Shown here in pieces: positions 46,101-58,971 of a stretch of DNA of 64,000 nucleotides; position 1 is the first letter of the stretch, and each line of letters begins with the position of its first letter. This DNA comes from Bugula neritina. Taxonomy: Eukaryota; Animalia; Bryozoa. Both the position numbers and the translations under genes were made by a program. Under the pieces are notes generated by a model that did not search any database, had not been told where the DNA came from, and saw only the letters and a list, made by a program, of their open reading frames with translations. The DNA lies in contig OZ037771.1 of assembly GCA_964035545.1 (NCBI GenBank), forward strand, positions 13,639,133 through 13,703,132. Reading direction: 5' to 3'.

Positions 46101-46678
46101 TGTGGCCTTATATATATGTTTGTTCAATTTTAAATAAAAAACGTGCAGGTAAAAATAGGATAAGTAATAATGGCCAAATGTAAATGTACACTAGGTACAA
46201 GAGCCAACTAATGTTGATTTTATGCTCATCAAAACTCCAAACTCAAGCATGTATACGGACTCAAACCCTAAACCCAATTTTAATGGGAATATTTTGTGTT
46301 TATCAACTCAATCTAGCTTTGTGTTCGTATGTAGGCATATCTGCTGTAAACAAAATTGTTAATACTTATATAGATTTTCACTCTAATACACATACTATCA
46401 CATCTTAAGTTTTTCTGCTAACAGCAGTTCATACACTTGGCAATTTATTCTAAAAGTGTTGAAGAACAAAACAATTTTCAACTGCAAAATCAAACTTTTA
46501 ATCAGAAACATTTCAACACACAAAGTTAATAAATCACATAGAATTAGAAATTCATGATTATAGTCGATTTAGATGTAAGCTATCAAGGCTTAGCAATCCA
46601 GTTCCATGTAGCTTGTGGTAGCTTTTAGTTAGACGACAAACAATGTGAATGTGTCTTTGCTGCTGATTGGTCAGCAAT

Positions 46679-48817
46679 CTAGGTACATTCGTCCTTGACA
46701 GCATCATAAGTTTGAGTCTCATCAGCACAGGTTGAATTAAGAATCACTTCTGCAACTTCTCCCTTTGAGTTCTTCTTAGCAGCAACTACTCTGCATGTTA
46801 GTAAGATAATAAGCAATAAATCCACCTTATCTTTTTTTAGATTAAGCCACAATATTTGTAGAAAATAAAATAATCAATAAAAAGTATAAATGATTATATG
46901 TAATATAATTATCAAAAACTGTACAAGTTTCATGTTATTTGTATTTGAAATTGTTATAAATCTAACAATTTTTAGATATCCAGATTAATATCTTCTTTTT
47001 TAAGTTCTGTATTTAATTATCAGAGTTCTGAACTAAATTTTTAAATGTGAATCGCAGAATATCTTGAATTACTAAAAGTTTTAAAAATTGCTTTAAGAAT
47101 ATATCAGACTCACGGTGGTTGGTGAGAAAGAATAAAAATCTCCAAAGTTCTCAGTGCCCCTGACTGATTTAGCTTCTTTTTCAGTTCGTCATTCAACACT
47201 GCAGGAGGTTCCAAGATGGCGGCAGAATACAGCTCATCAGTTGGCCAGTAGACAGTTAAGAGATCATTGGTACAGTCATAGAATGGTTCAAGTGTGGCAG
47301 ACATCTTGCAATCTAAACAATTCAAAGAATGAGGTCACTATATATACTATATTATAATGCCATAATATTGCAGTAGTTTACAGAATAGCAACTCACATTA
47401 TACTAACGTTTGTATCATTCACCTTAACCTAACTATAGCTTAACTTATAGCCAAGCGGCAGTTAATTTAAAAAGACCCCTATGTAGTTTAGAATATATGC
47501 GCGATGGCACGGGGCTATAGTTTAGACCACATGCATGCAAGGTCTATATACTTGTACTTTCTGCTTTAAATCATTGCATTTTTTTACTTCCTTTACTTAT
47601 AATTATAGTAAGTTTTAAGTAAACTACCAAAGAACTTATAAAATGCATAGAGTCAAAGCACAAGTTTTCAAGTAAGCAAGTAATTTTCAAATTTTTTGCA
47701 TAAATATTAGCAATTACTAACAATTCATTTTTTTCATAAAATGTTGCATGCTATATTATAGACTCTCAAGTTTTAATAGACCAGTCAGGTAAATTTGAGG
47801 ATGTATTTTCAATATGAAATTTCAAAGTTGAGCCAAAACCTCAAGTTGATTACAAAGATATATCAATTATTCACAGCATGCGGCACTGACAATAAATTAT
47901 AGCATATGACAGTATGTGTAGGGCTATAGTTGAGCCACATTGGAAGTGGGGCGAGCTGAATCATGCAAGCACAATTTGGCAAACTAATTTATTTCACTGT
48001 TTTTATTTTAATTGGACACACTAATTTCTACACTTAATTAGTCTATATACTTTTTAACTGAATTTTTCTGCCATCAATATACAATATATATCCAAACCTA
48101 CATTTAGTTTAAAGACAAATCAAATTAATTGTTATATAAGTGCATTAATATTAGACTGTTTTGAAAACTTTCTCAGAATGGTGCAAAACTAGAGATAGGA
48201 ACAGTTAAAAGGAAAAAAGCTTAACTATTATACCTTATGGCAAAACAAGGCAGTGGCAAATACCTCAAAAGAAAACTGGCTCTATCTTAATAAGGAAAAA
48301 GTTTCTGCAACTAATCTCAATGAACAAAAACAGCAACAAATGACTGACTTTTAAAGAACTTTAAGATGAATGGCAAAGAGTTTTTTCCCCACCTATAATT
48401 TAATTTTTGGCTCACCTATATAACTCAACTCGTCACTATTTTTAATATTATAAAACAAGAAGATGCTCCTATACAAATTTTTATTTCGCTATTTTCAGGT
48501 ACACACCTTAAAAACTAAAAACTTTGAACTCTATCAAACAGAAAATTTCATTAGCCTCTTTACAATAGAACCTTTCCTTGCAGCAGTTAATCTAATAAAA
48601 TAAAGAGTCCATGCAATAACAGAAAATATAACAATACTTCAGAAAGATAACATTAAATAGTACACAAAATACTCACTACCAGCACAGATCCTTTGAATTT
48701 GATCTCTCCTGTGAGTCAATGTAGATCTCAGTACAGCTCTGCTAACATTACTATTGAGTAAGTCACATGACACGTCATACTCTGCTTTGAATGTCAATCT
48801 TCTCACTACTTTAGACT
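46679..48817 (-). CDS. Paralog 7, partial: three intact exons of the Cys-rich C-terminal domain (48677-48817, 47114-47312, 46679-46790); 5' exons not found in this window
   Basis: Same 141/199/112-nt exon sizes and phases as the other paralogs. Translations SKVVRRLTFKAEYDVSC...ICAG, CKMSATLEPFYDC...SHQPP and VVAAKKNSKGEV...STCADETQTYDAVKDECT*, with no disabling mutations. Confidence 0.78.
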
Positions 48818-49426
48818 CTACAATGACACCATTGTTTTTAAGAATTATTGTACAAACTCGCTATATGAATAATATTATTTTGTTTACAAACAAATAAATT
48901 TTCTTCTACAAATTACAGGGCATAATTTCACAGTATCTCGTCCTCAGACATAACACTTATGTACCAATACGAGATACATTACATCATAATTAAATGTTGT
49001 CTATCGGCAAAAATTTTGCAGTAGCCAATCATAGTACTATAACAGGGCAGTCTGAGTGTAGTATCTCGTTTATCGGCATAATTATAAAAGCCCGTAGTTG
49101 AAGATGGAGTTGGAAGCTTTTCAAATACCTCCCGCATATAATAGCATTTATGCTAGTCCTTAAAACTAAATAAACATTATGGTAGACCAATAATCATGAA
49201 AGCTCTACTCATTTGTAACTGGAGGATTTGCAGCACCACAATACTAAATTTCTTGCATTGGAGGTGCTTAGGCTGTGTTGTCATAGTTATATGTACTTAT
49301 TGGGGCTTGGTATAAAATTAAACCTGACAATTATAATGATTAAAGTATTATTGCTGTGATTTCAACTGACCAACTTTGGAGTTATTATCTCGATTCTTTG
49401 TCAGGAATGGTTAGATAATTTCATGC

Positions 49427-49490
49427 AATAATGAGTTTTGGCTTTATATCATTATAAATAATGAGTTTTGGCTTTATATCATTATAAATA
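49427..49490. repeat. Perfect 30-bp tandem duplication
   Basis: AATAATGAGTTTTGGCTTTATATCATTATA occurs twice in tandem. Confidence 0.9.
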
Positions 49491-52400
49491 TCTACATTGA
49501 TGGCAGCACTGAGCTAGAATTCTAATATCTTTTCAAGCTCATTGGGTGGCAGCTTATCGGCTAAATTTTATGCAGATATTGAATAATGTGGTTTGATAGT
49601 TATGCTATATTGTTAGGTTCACAAGCATCTTTAAAAAGTTATAATTATTGCGTTGGCCATAGGTCAAAAAATTACCTAAAGAGAGGGCAGACAACTCCAA
49701 AAGATTGTTTTCGCAGAAGCAAGTAAAATTCAGCTAAACTGAATACTCCAACTGATCAACATTTTCATCTATTGAAATTGAAGAAAAGTTAAATATTATT
49801 ATACTATTCTAATCATGAATAGGCACAAGCTAAAAAGATATTTATTTCAAAAAATATAAAAAGTAAAGTAACACAACAATGTTTGCAAACGCAGACCTAA
49901 AAATGTGAATATTCTAGCTTGAAATTAAGTCTGAAATTCAGACTTTTCTAGGTTGAATTGACTTTAATTGACTCACCAGAAAAAACAATTAATAAAATTA
50001 TAAAGACAAGCATATAATGAAAAATGTAGTTCATTAGCAAAACTGGAGGAAAGCACTTTTTTTTCTAGAAATTGTTCGATTACATGATACATTTTTGTGC
50101 AAATGATATTTTTTAATAAAATGAAACTGTTGTATTGTTTGGCTAGATGAAGTTTCAAAAGTATTTTTAATATTTTCTCAAATAAAGTAGACATGCACTC
50201 CATTTTCACATTTTTTGGCAAAACATATGATTGGGATTCAGTAGTCAATCAGTTAAGCTTGACACAAGGAGTTGTCACATCCATCCTAAAGAACAAGACC
50301 ATCTACAATAACAAACATGGAAAGTACTTAAAATTACATTTTAGTTTACAATAATCCTTAAAATATATGTTGCCTTCTGCAAATGCTAAATAAAACACGA
50401 TGTAATGCTATGTTTACTTAGACTAAATCTTGCTGACTTACAATGAAATTCATTCATTTCAATTTGAAAATTCCTGTCAATAACTTGACTCTATGCTAAC
50501 AACTAATTGTAATACCAAAATCACACTGCTACTTTTAGTTTAGGGAATTTATTTTCATTATTAGTTCAATATTCAGCAGAGGTTTTTCTTTAATGAACAA
50601 ACAATAGGCATACATGCAGATGAAAGATTAGGTCTAGTGAATACTAATTTTGTGCCTAACAAAAAAAAAATGAAAGACTGCATGAAAAACTAACAACTCT
50701 AAAAAATTGCAATTTGAATGAGGCTCAGGCTTTTAGGTGAGCAAGAGTAACCAGAAGAGCTACTTTAATGGAAGAAATTACTGACTGATTGTGTAGTTGC
50801 AGGCTGCATGATGTGTTTTGATTGTCACAACCACTTTTGAAAAGGGAAAATCCATTAAATTAAGACTACTGGCAAACAACGGAACGATAAGGAAAAAATA
50901 CCAAGTAGAAATTCACTTCTCAAAGCAAACTGTAGTTAATACATTATAGATGCTTAGAAGAAGCAGGCAATAGTGAATGCTATATAGTGTAGATCAGGAT
51001 TCTATACAATGACAAGTAAACTGAAATTCCAGTGCACTTTGAAACTACTTGTAAGAATGGGCTTAGTGCTTTATAGTGCCTTGAAATTTTTTCAAGTCTA
51101 ATTGGCACCATGCTATTAGAATTCGCAGAGAGATGACCCTTTAAACTTTCACTTTAAACTTTAATACCTTCACGATTTTCAGTAAGAAATTCAATTTATC
51201 TAGGTCTGAAATTTCACCGAGTTGCATTGCAAGCCGCTGGTCAAAATGTTTAGTTTGTGATGACTTAATCAGCTGATTTCAGAATAACAATCATTGGGAA
51301 TGACATCTTCATGTAGATATAGATATTTATGCTTATAATTATATCGGCTGCCTTCATCAATCATCGATACTATGCTGCCAAATCAACTAATTAATTACAG
51401 TTGGAAACTTCAAAAGGCATTGAATAGCAATTAAGCAAGTTATACTTTTAATATTACAAAAAGAACTTATGCATCAATATGATTTAAAATATAGGTGGGC
51501 ACTCCGCTAGTGATATTAACTGAAACTGGAACTTTTTTCATGCAGGAAAAGCAAAAACGCATCTCAACAGAAACCTAAAAATTTCCAGCACACTTTATGC
51601 TTTGACAACACGCACACAATAACTTCGTTTATGGTACAAACCTTTTTGTTGATTGTTTTCCAACATTTTCACTAGAGCAAAGCCGAAAGAAATTTGGAAA
51701 CTGCATAATGATGCCAGCCACCGTGGCATCATCTTCTCTGGAAAATTATTGACAAATCATCACCCAAAAACTTCAGCAAAGCCTCCATCAATAGTATGTA
51801 ATACTTTAGGTGAAACTAAAAAGAAAGAGACAATATTTTCGTGTAATTTAACCCATCAATAAACGCATCAATAGTTAGTGTGGCCACGGTTTAAACCTCA
51901 TTAATTTCATGCTATTTAAGGCTTTTACAACTTAAAAGATGTAATTCATCTGCAAGAGAAATGTTAGATATATGAAATGAGTAGAAGTGCAAAAGCAAGC
52001 AGGTATTAAGGAAGGAAGAGTTAGTAGGTGTACTTTGACTTGCGATAAATCAATGTGATACCAGATGTGAATTTTGAGGTGTGTTTACTCCAATCTCACT
52101 GAAAAGGTAGAAATAGCTAAATTTACGAGACACACAATATTTTATAAAATACTGCACATTCATTAAAACTTTATAAAACTCTAGTGTGAAGGGTGACTCA
52201 CACTTTTAAACCGTAGATGAGCTAAGTTGTAAAAGTTTGATGAGAACCTTTTACTCTATAAATTTATGCAATATAAAATACTCTCCACATATTCAACAGC
52301 TACGAAGTTTTGTTGAAGATAAACTTCCTCAACAAATATACAGAAAAAAGCTATTTGAAAGCCAAATTTCATTAGCATATTATAAGATTATTTGTGTTTC

Positions 52401-52863
52401 ATCTTTATAAACAATGATTTAGTCATTTAAAGGATAACTAATGATTTCACTTTGTTTTTCATTCAATAAAAACTAAGTGTAGTTGGTATTAAAAACAGCT
52501 TTCATTTCTCACTTTTTTTCTCACCCTAATCTGCGTAGGCAAACAATTGGTTTGTTTCAAACACCACAACAGTAAAGCGTGACAGCATAGCCAGTGGAGA
52601 AAACAATCATCTATACTGCTGGATCAGTGGCAACTTGTGAGTGTGTCAGAGTAGTGTCTTGTTGTGTGACTCTACAAATAAATTATGAATTTGAATATAC
52701 TACAAAGTTGCAAACATTGTTTTAACAAAACACAGCATTTACTTGATATTATATGTAAAGCTCAAGTTGGTATAATATATATTAAATAAATTTTAGCTTT
52801 CCTTTTGGATACTCTGAAACAAAATAAAAAAATAAACCAAAATTGGGTAAAGCCATGCAAACT

Positions 52864-53170
52864 AGAGAGAGAAAGAGAGTGGGAGAGGGGGGGGTGGGAG
52901 AGAAAGGTTAGGAGAGAGGATGGAAGAGAGATGGGGTAGAAGAGAGAAAGGGAGAGAGTCAGAGAGATAGTGGAAAAGGGAAGTGAGAAAGGTTAGGAGA
53001 GAGAGAAGGTGGGAGAGACGGAGAGTGGGAGAGAGAGAAGGTGGGAGAGACAGAGGGTGGGAGAGAGGGAGGGTGGGAGAGAGGGAGGGTGGGTGGGAGA
53101 GAGGGGGGAGAAAGAGAGAGAGGTTGAGTGGAAGGTGTGGGAGAAAGAGACAGAGAGAGGAGTGAGAGAG
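52864..53170. repeat. GA-rich polypurine tract with GGTGGGAGAGA units
   Basis: Seen directly. Confidence 0.9.
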
Positions 53171-54099
53171 CTTCCAAACTAACACCATTGACTTAAAAAA
53201 TGTTGATAAAAACTGCAGCAAGTCTTTAAAAACGATGCTAGCAAGTTCAAAGCTCACTATAACTTTCAAAATCAATAAAATGTCAAGTTCAAAAAACTCA
53301 TCTGCGAGCAAAAAATAGTTACAGAGACAACCAGGTATTGGGCAAGAGCCAGCTAATAGGAGTACCTTTTTAGATAAACTGCATGCAGGCACAGTGAGAT
53401 AGCATCGGTGAGTTGTGTCTTCATTTTAATTTCCTAAAAATGAACATAAACAAATGCTAGTAATGAAAGTTTTCAGGGTTATTAAGGGTGCAATTTTATC
53501 ACTAAACATCATAGCAATAGCAAAAATTGCTCAGTACAAATTTAAGAAAAATTTCTTTCATCCATTACATAATACCCGAAATCAAATCCATTTATTCAAT
53601 TCATCAAGCTGAAAAACCAAGAATAATCAGAAAGACAGTAAAATCACTTTCTAGTAAAAAACAGCTTTAGATCATAATTGTTGGGTTCAGCTCTTAAGCT
53701 AAGACACCGATGCACTGAAATACGAAAAAGATCAGCATACTTTTGACTGTCACAAAATTTATTTTACGTGCAACAGACATTTTAAGGTCACCCGCCACCC
53801 GCGCAGCGCAGGACCACGTTGGTGAAAGGTGACCAGATATTTTAAGGTAAATAAAAATCAAGCAAAGTTCATCGTCATATTGCTTACTGCTTAATGCTGC
53901 AGCTTATTTTTGCTTACCAAGTTTCTTTCTGCAGAATAATTGTAGCTAGCTTCTCAATTTGCCATCTTTATTCCAGTCCAGGTTCAAATGACATCTTGAT
54001 CGTTGCAAATATCCATGCAAGCTAAAAAATATTTATCAATCAGTACAACAACAGAAATACTTACAATGATCCAAATATTACTATTACATTACTATAACA

Positions 54100-57000
54100 T
54101 TACACAGTAACACTATGTTTATAATTGTAATACGGAAGCATGACTTTGTGGTAGTTTGATATGCTATAGCAAAAGGTAGAAAAATCAACTGAAAAACCGA
54201 CAGAAATAATCAAGTACAATTAACTAAAGTAAATAAACTTACTGAATAGTAAATATTTTACTATACTTAGTGAATTGATTTACTTCCACTAGGTTTACTT
54301 TCATGATTAAATGCTTCTGTCTATTTTCCAGTTTATAGGAATATATTAAAAGTGAAACCAATTATAATTACTATTACCTTATCTAGTTTTGACTATATAT
54401 TTTTCACAAATATAAACATAGTTATATGCGTATTCCTATTGTGACTGCAGATACCATTGCGGTAACTGAAATCAAACTTCATTCTACTTCAAGTTTCAAA
54501 CATTGTCCCAATTCAAAGACTAACAAGTAAATAATTAATAACTGTGAAAGCTCCAATAAGTTACTTCATTATTAAATAAGATACAACTGATTCTACTGTA
54601 TATGATACTATGGTATCTGTATTAAATTAAAACATAATTATGAAAATCAAAAGTTGTATTTTGAGCACTTATATTATAGTAATTAAATTAACAGCTTAAA
54701 ATAGGCACATTAAACCATGATTGGAATTTTTATCCATTTATCTTTATAATTATATTTATTCTTTATTCTGAAAGTTGACCCAACACTGGTAACAAAACTA
54801 AAAGTAATTGATTAAGTATGATTTATTCTTACACACTTTACCATTATATTTAGTCTTCCTGACTTTCAGTCTGCCATAGTGATTACTACTATATGAAAAT
54901 GACTTTGACTTAGGAGTCATAATTATAGTCACAGTGTTGATAAGTCAACAGTGTAGGATTAACACAGCACTAGACTAGTACTACCTCCAGCTTTCAAGTT
55001 TATGTTAGGGTATCTCTAAGACTAAAGAGTAACCCTAATAATGTAAGCAAAGAGCAGTGAGTAATAAGCATGCTATTCAACTTCAAGTTTCACTAGTACT
55101 ATAACCAATACCACATGTATTTTGATAAAATTATGTAGCTGGTGAGTGAACTATAAAATTAAATAGGGATCAAACTTTGAGCAATATTAATAGAAATAAT
55201 ATTAGGACAGAGGTTTCCAATTATTAGTATGTGAAACCAAAGGGGAATGGATAACTACTATTAGTATTATTACATTTACTTTATATTTAGTTTTACCAGT
55301 TCGTATTATGATTATCTTACTTTGAATTGTAAAGTATAATAATTATAATATTCATAGTAGTATATTTATATTAGTAATTAATATGTATATTAGTAAAAAC
55401 ATTTGTTTTAAGTTGCTTGTTTATTAAATTATTCTAAATCCTAATAACGATAATCTTAATATTAGTGATAATCATTATGCTCATCACTGTCCCCAAGTGC
55501 TATCAGTATGACCATCGCAATGTGAACCTAGACGTGAATGTAAAAAGGCACTGCAAAACAGAACATGGGATGGAGGCAGATATCCATACCATAATACAAA
55601 TATCGATATTGAATTTGATAATCATAATTATTATACAAATATAATGATAATAACTACAATGATCAAAAATAAATAATACCAAAGAGTTTTCGAATTACTA
55701 TTCATAAAATCAAATATCACATTTATAAAGATATAATCATATATATTATTAAATTTAAGTCAATTATACTAATAGCAATAGTAATATAAATAGAAAAAAG
55801 AATCATTGACCAGGAGTAGGTGCAAAATAAAAGTCAATTTTAAGACAAAGAGTAAGAAAAATACTAAATCGATGTTTAAAATTACTTATTTTTAATCTTA
55901 GTCACTTACAGTCAGACTTAGTTTAATTTTTACTACTAAGTCTTTAATTTCAAGTTCATTTTAACAATAAACTTGAAGACTTTAACTAAGAATATGTATA
56001 ATTCAAAATTCCAAACTGGTACAAGTAAAAGTTGCTACTGAAGCTTTGTAATATTATTTTAAATTATTGGTATGATAGCATTATATTTTGATTCATAGCA
56101 ATACTGATAGTGACAATTTCAAACATACCCATACCATTACTGTTACAGTTTAAGTTACTATTGCCATTGTGATTGCCGGTAATGAGTAAATATAACTTAA
56201 ATTTATATGACTATTACTATTACTATTAGTATTACTATCACTTTCAGTACCGGTCTAGTATCAGTATCACCTTAATTCAAAATCAATGTATAATTTATCA
56301 AATTACTTTTATATTATCATTTATCAATAATATGTCTATCACTATGATATTATCATGATATTGATTTTTAATTTAAACATAATAAAATCATAGGTATAAT
56401 CATAATGATAATGATAATCATAATGCTTAATTTTACTTTTAGTTCAGGTTCAATGATTTAAGAGTAAGTGAAAGTTACTATATATTGCCATTGTGATTGC
56501 TAGAAATAAGTAAATATAATTTAAATTTATATGACTATTACTATTACCAACACTCAGACTTACTCAGACTCACTCTGTCTCTAACTCTAAGAGTAAGTCT
56601 GAGTCTCACTCCACCAGAGTGAGAGTGACACTGAATTACTATAACTATTACTATAACTATTAGTATTAGTATTAGCAAAATATATCAACCTTATGATTAT
56701 CTTATTAGTTATTACAATATGTTCGGCATTGATGTTGAACTAAAAATATTAATAGTTATTACAATCACAATGACAATGCCAATATCAATATGATCAAAGA
56801 CAAATGATTCCAAGCAGTTTCAGTTTGAGTTTGAGTTGAAGGTAAGTTATAAGTTGAAGTAGTACGTAAGTGGTAGTTGATACTGATACTATCAGTGATA
56901 GGTCTATACTCCATACCAATGAACTCAATAATATTACCTATATATTACCATAAATTATATTACTATTAGTATTACCTATAATTAAAATATATTCTTTCTT

Positions 57001-58971
57001 TTCCAGCTCAGTGCTTCATACCCTCTACTTAGTCTAATGCCGCGCACATGACGAGAATGTGAGGTGAAGGTCACTCACAGCTAAAATCGCCAAGGATCTG
57101 TAATCCATCACTAGTAGTAGTAGTTCTAGTAGTCGTACTACCAGTAATCTGGCTTCGCTATGACACTACGAATTGAATGTTGACAAGACGCATGCATGTT
57201 TGCTGTTGGTAAACTAATTTTTACTGAATTTTAATCATGCTAAGCTGCAACCTATTTTCTAATGAAATAATATATTCAATAATAATATAATAAATATAAT
57301 AATTATGATTATCATTATAATATTTTATCATTTAATTTTATAACTTTTACTTTTACTTTTAGTTTTAGTATTAGTATTTTGGTTTTACATCAAAATTTAC
57401 ATCATTAAGTTTATCATTATGATTACAAAATGAAAATAATTATCATTAATCATTACCTTTTAATTTATGATTATAATTATAAATTAATGTTAGAATTACC
57501 ACAATTACAATCATAATGATAATGGCATAATGCCAATGATAATCACAATCGTAACACTAATAATAAATAAATAATAGTAATAGTCAAACTCAAGGATTGA
57601 CTTTGAGCCAATGATTCAGATTGTCTAAATTTAATTAAATAAATTTCAGCCTTGGGTTTAACTTTACAGTTCACAATTTTATTTTACATTACGACTGAGA
57701 GTCACAGTAAGACTAAGAAAAAGAGTAAGTCATACCTTTCTTGCAGTTATTTTCAAAGTTTGTAGTTGTACTAGTACAGTAGTAGACCTAGTAGTAGTAC
57801 TAGTAGTAGGCCTAGTAGTAGTAACAGTACTATTAGTAGTAGTAGTAGTAGTAGTAGTACTAGTACTAGTTGTAGTACTAGTATCAGTGGTAGTAGTAAT
57901 AGGACTGCGATCTTAGATGTAAGTCTAATGAAATACGAATTATAATAGTATAAGTATAACTTTTACATATTTAGTTTTACTATAAGTGTAAATATAATGA
58001 GTAATAGTAAAACTCAAAGTATATACATTAACTCAGTTTAGCATTAATGATAAAATATAATAATTATAATAAAGTAATATGATCACCATTACGATTATAA
58101 TTAAAATTCTTAGTAACACTTTTATGATACTCAGTTTAATTTATTAATATTAAACATTAGTTTGGCTACCACAAATAACTAATAAGTGCTACTATAGGTA
58201 ACTGTAAAGATAAGTATAAATTTAACTATAACATAGACTATCAGCAATAATAATATATCATATTGATATTAAACTATATATGGATAATGCAAATCATAGA
58301 TCATACCTCATGATAATTATTCCTAATGATCTTACTTTTTATATGCTGATGCTAATAAGTAGTAATTTTAAATTTGATAACTCATGAATGATGAATAAGA
58401 TAACAAGAATAATACTGGACCTAGTAATACTATTAGTCCTACTACTAGAATTGTATTATCTTATATGTGTAATACGCTTCTTTTAGTAATACTGCTGGTC
58501 AAAGTTAGTGTTAATCATATTTATAGTTAAATGTTGAAGGAATAAATTAGTTCATAACATAAACATTGCACTATGTGAATATGAAATTTAATATGAATAT
58601 CCCAATTACACTTGCTGTTGCTCTTTAGAGACTAGAGTTATAACTTATAACTATGATATAATAATGAATACCATTATTTTAACTAATCATATTACTCAGC
58701 TAATGTTAATGATAACTGTAAGTCTAAAAACCATTACGGTTATAGGTATCACTGACTAATATTATTAATAATATAATCATTCGTTTTATACTTGTACCTA
58801 TATTTATATTTATACTTATACCTATTTTTATACTTATGATCATATCTATACTTTCACGTATGCTTGTACATTTTACTCATAGTATCAGGGTGGCAATCGA
58901 AAAGTCATAATCGATATGCTAATCTAATAATAGAACCAACTGCACTAATATAGTTGTATATTATTATTATT
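54100..58971. repeat. AT-rich low-complexity block with TAA/TAG/TAT triplet-like repeats, (TAG)n at ~57762-57900 and an internal ~75-bp direct repeat (56150-56225 / 56472-56548)
   Basis: Seen directly; no ORF of 60 aa or more in the track across ~5 kb. Confidence 0.75.

Noticed and set aside
48900-52200. Decayed transposase region (fragments such as WSKCLVCDD on the plus strand)
   Set aside because: It is too degenerate to assign, with no clear TIRs or catalytic motif by eye; blastx is needed.
52862-53392. 176-aa Leu/Ser/Pro-rich ORF
   Set aside because: It derives largely from the GA-rich tract and has no recognisable motif or family similarity.
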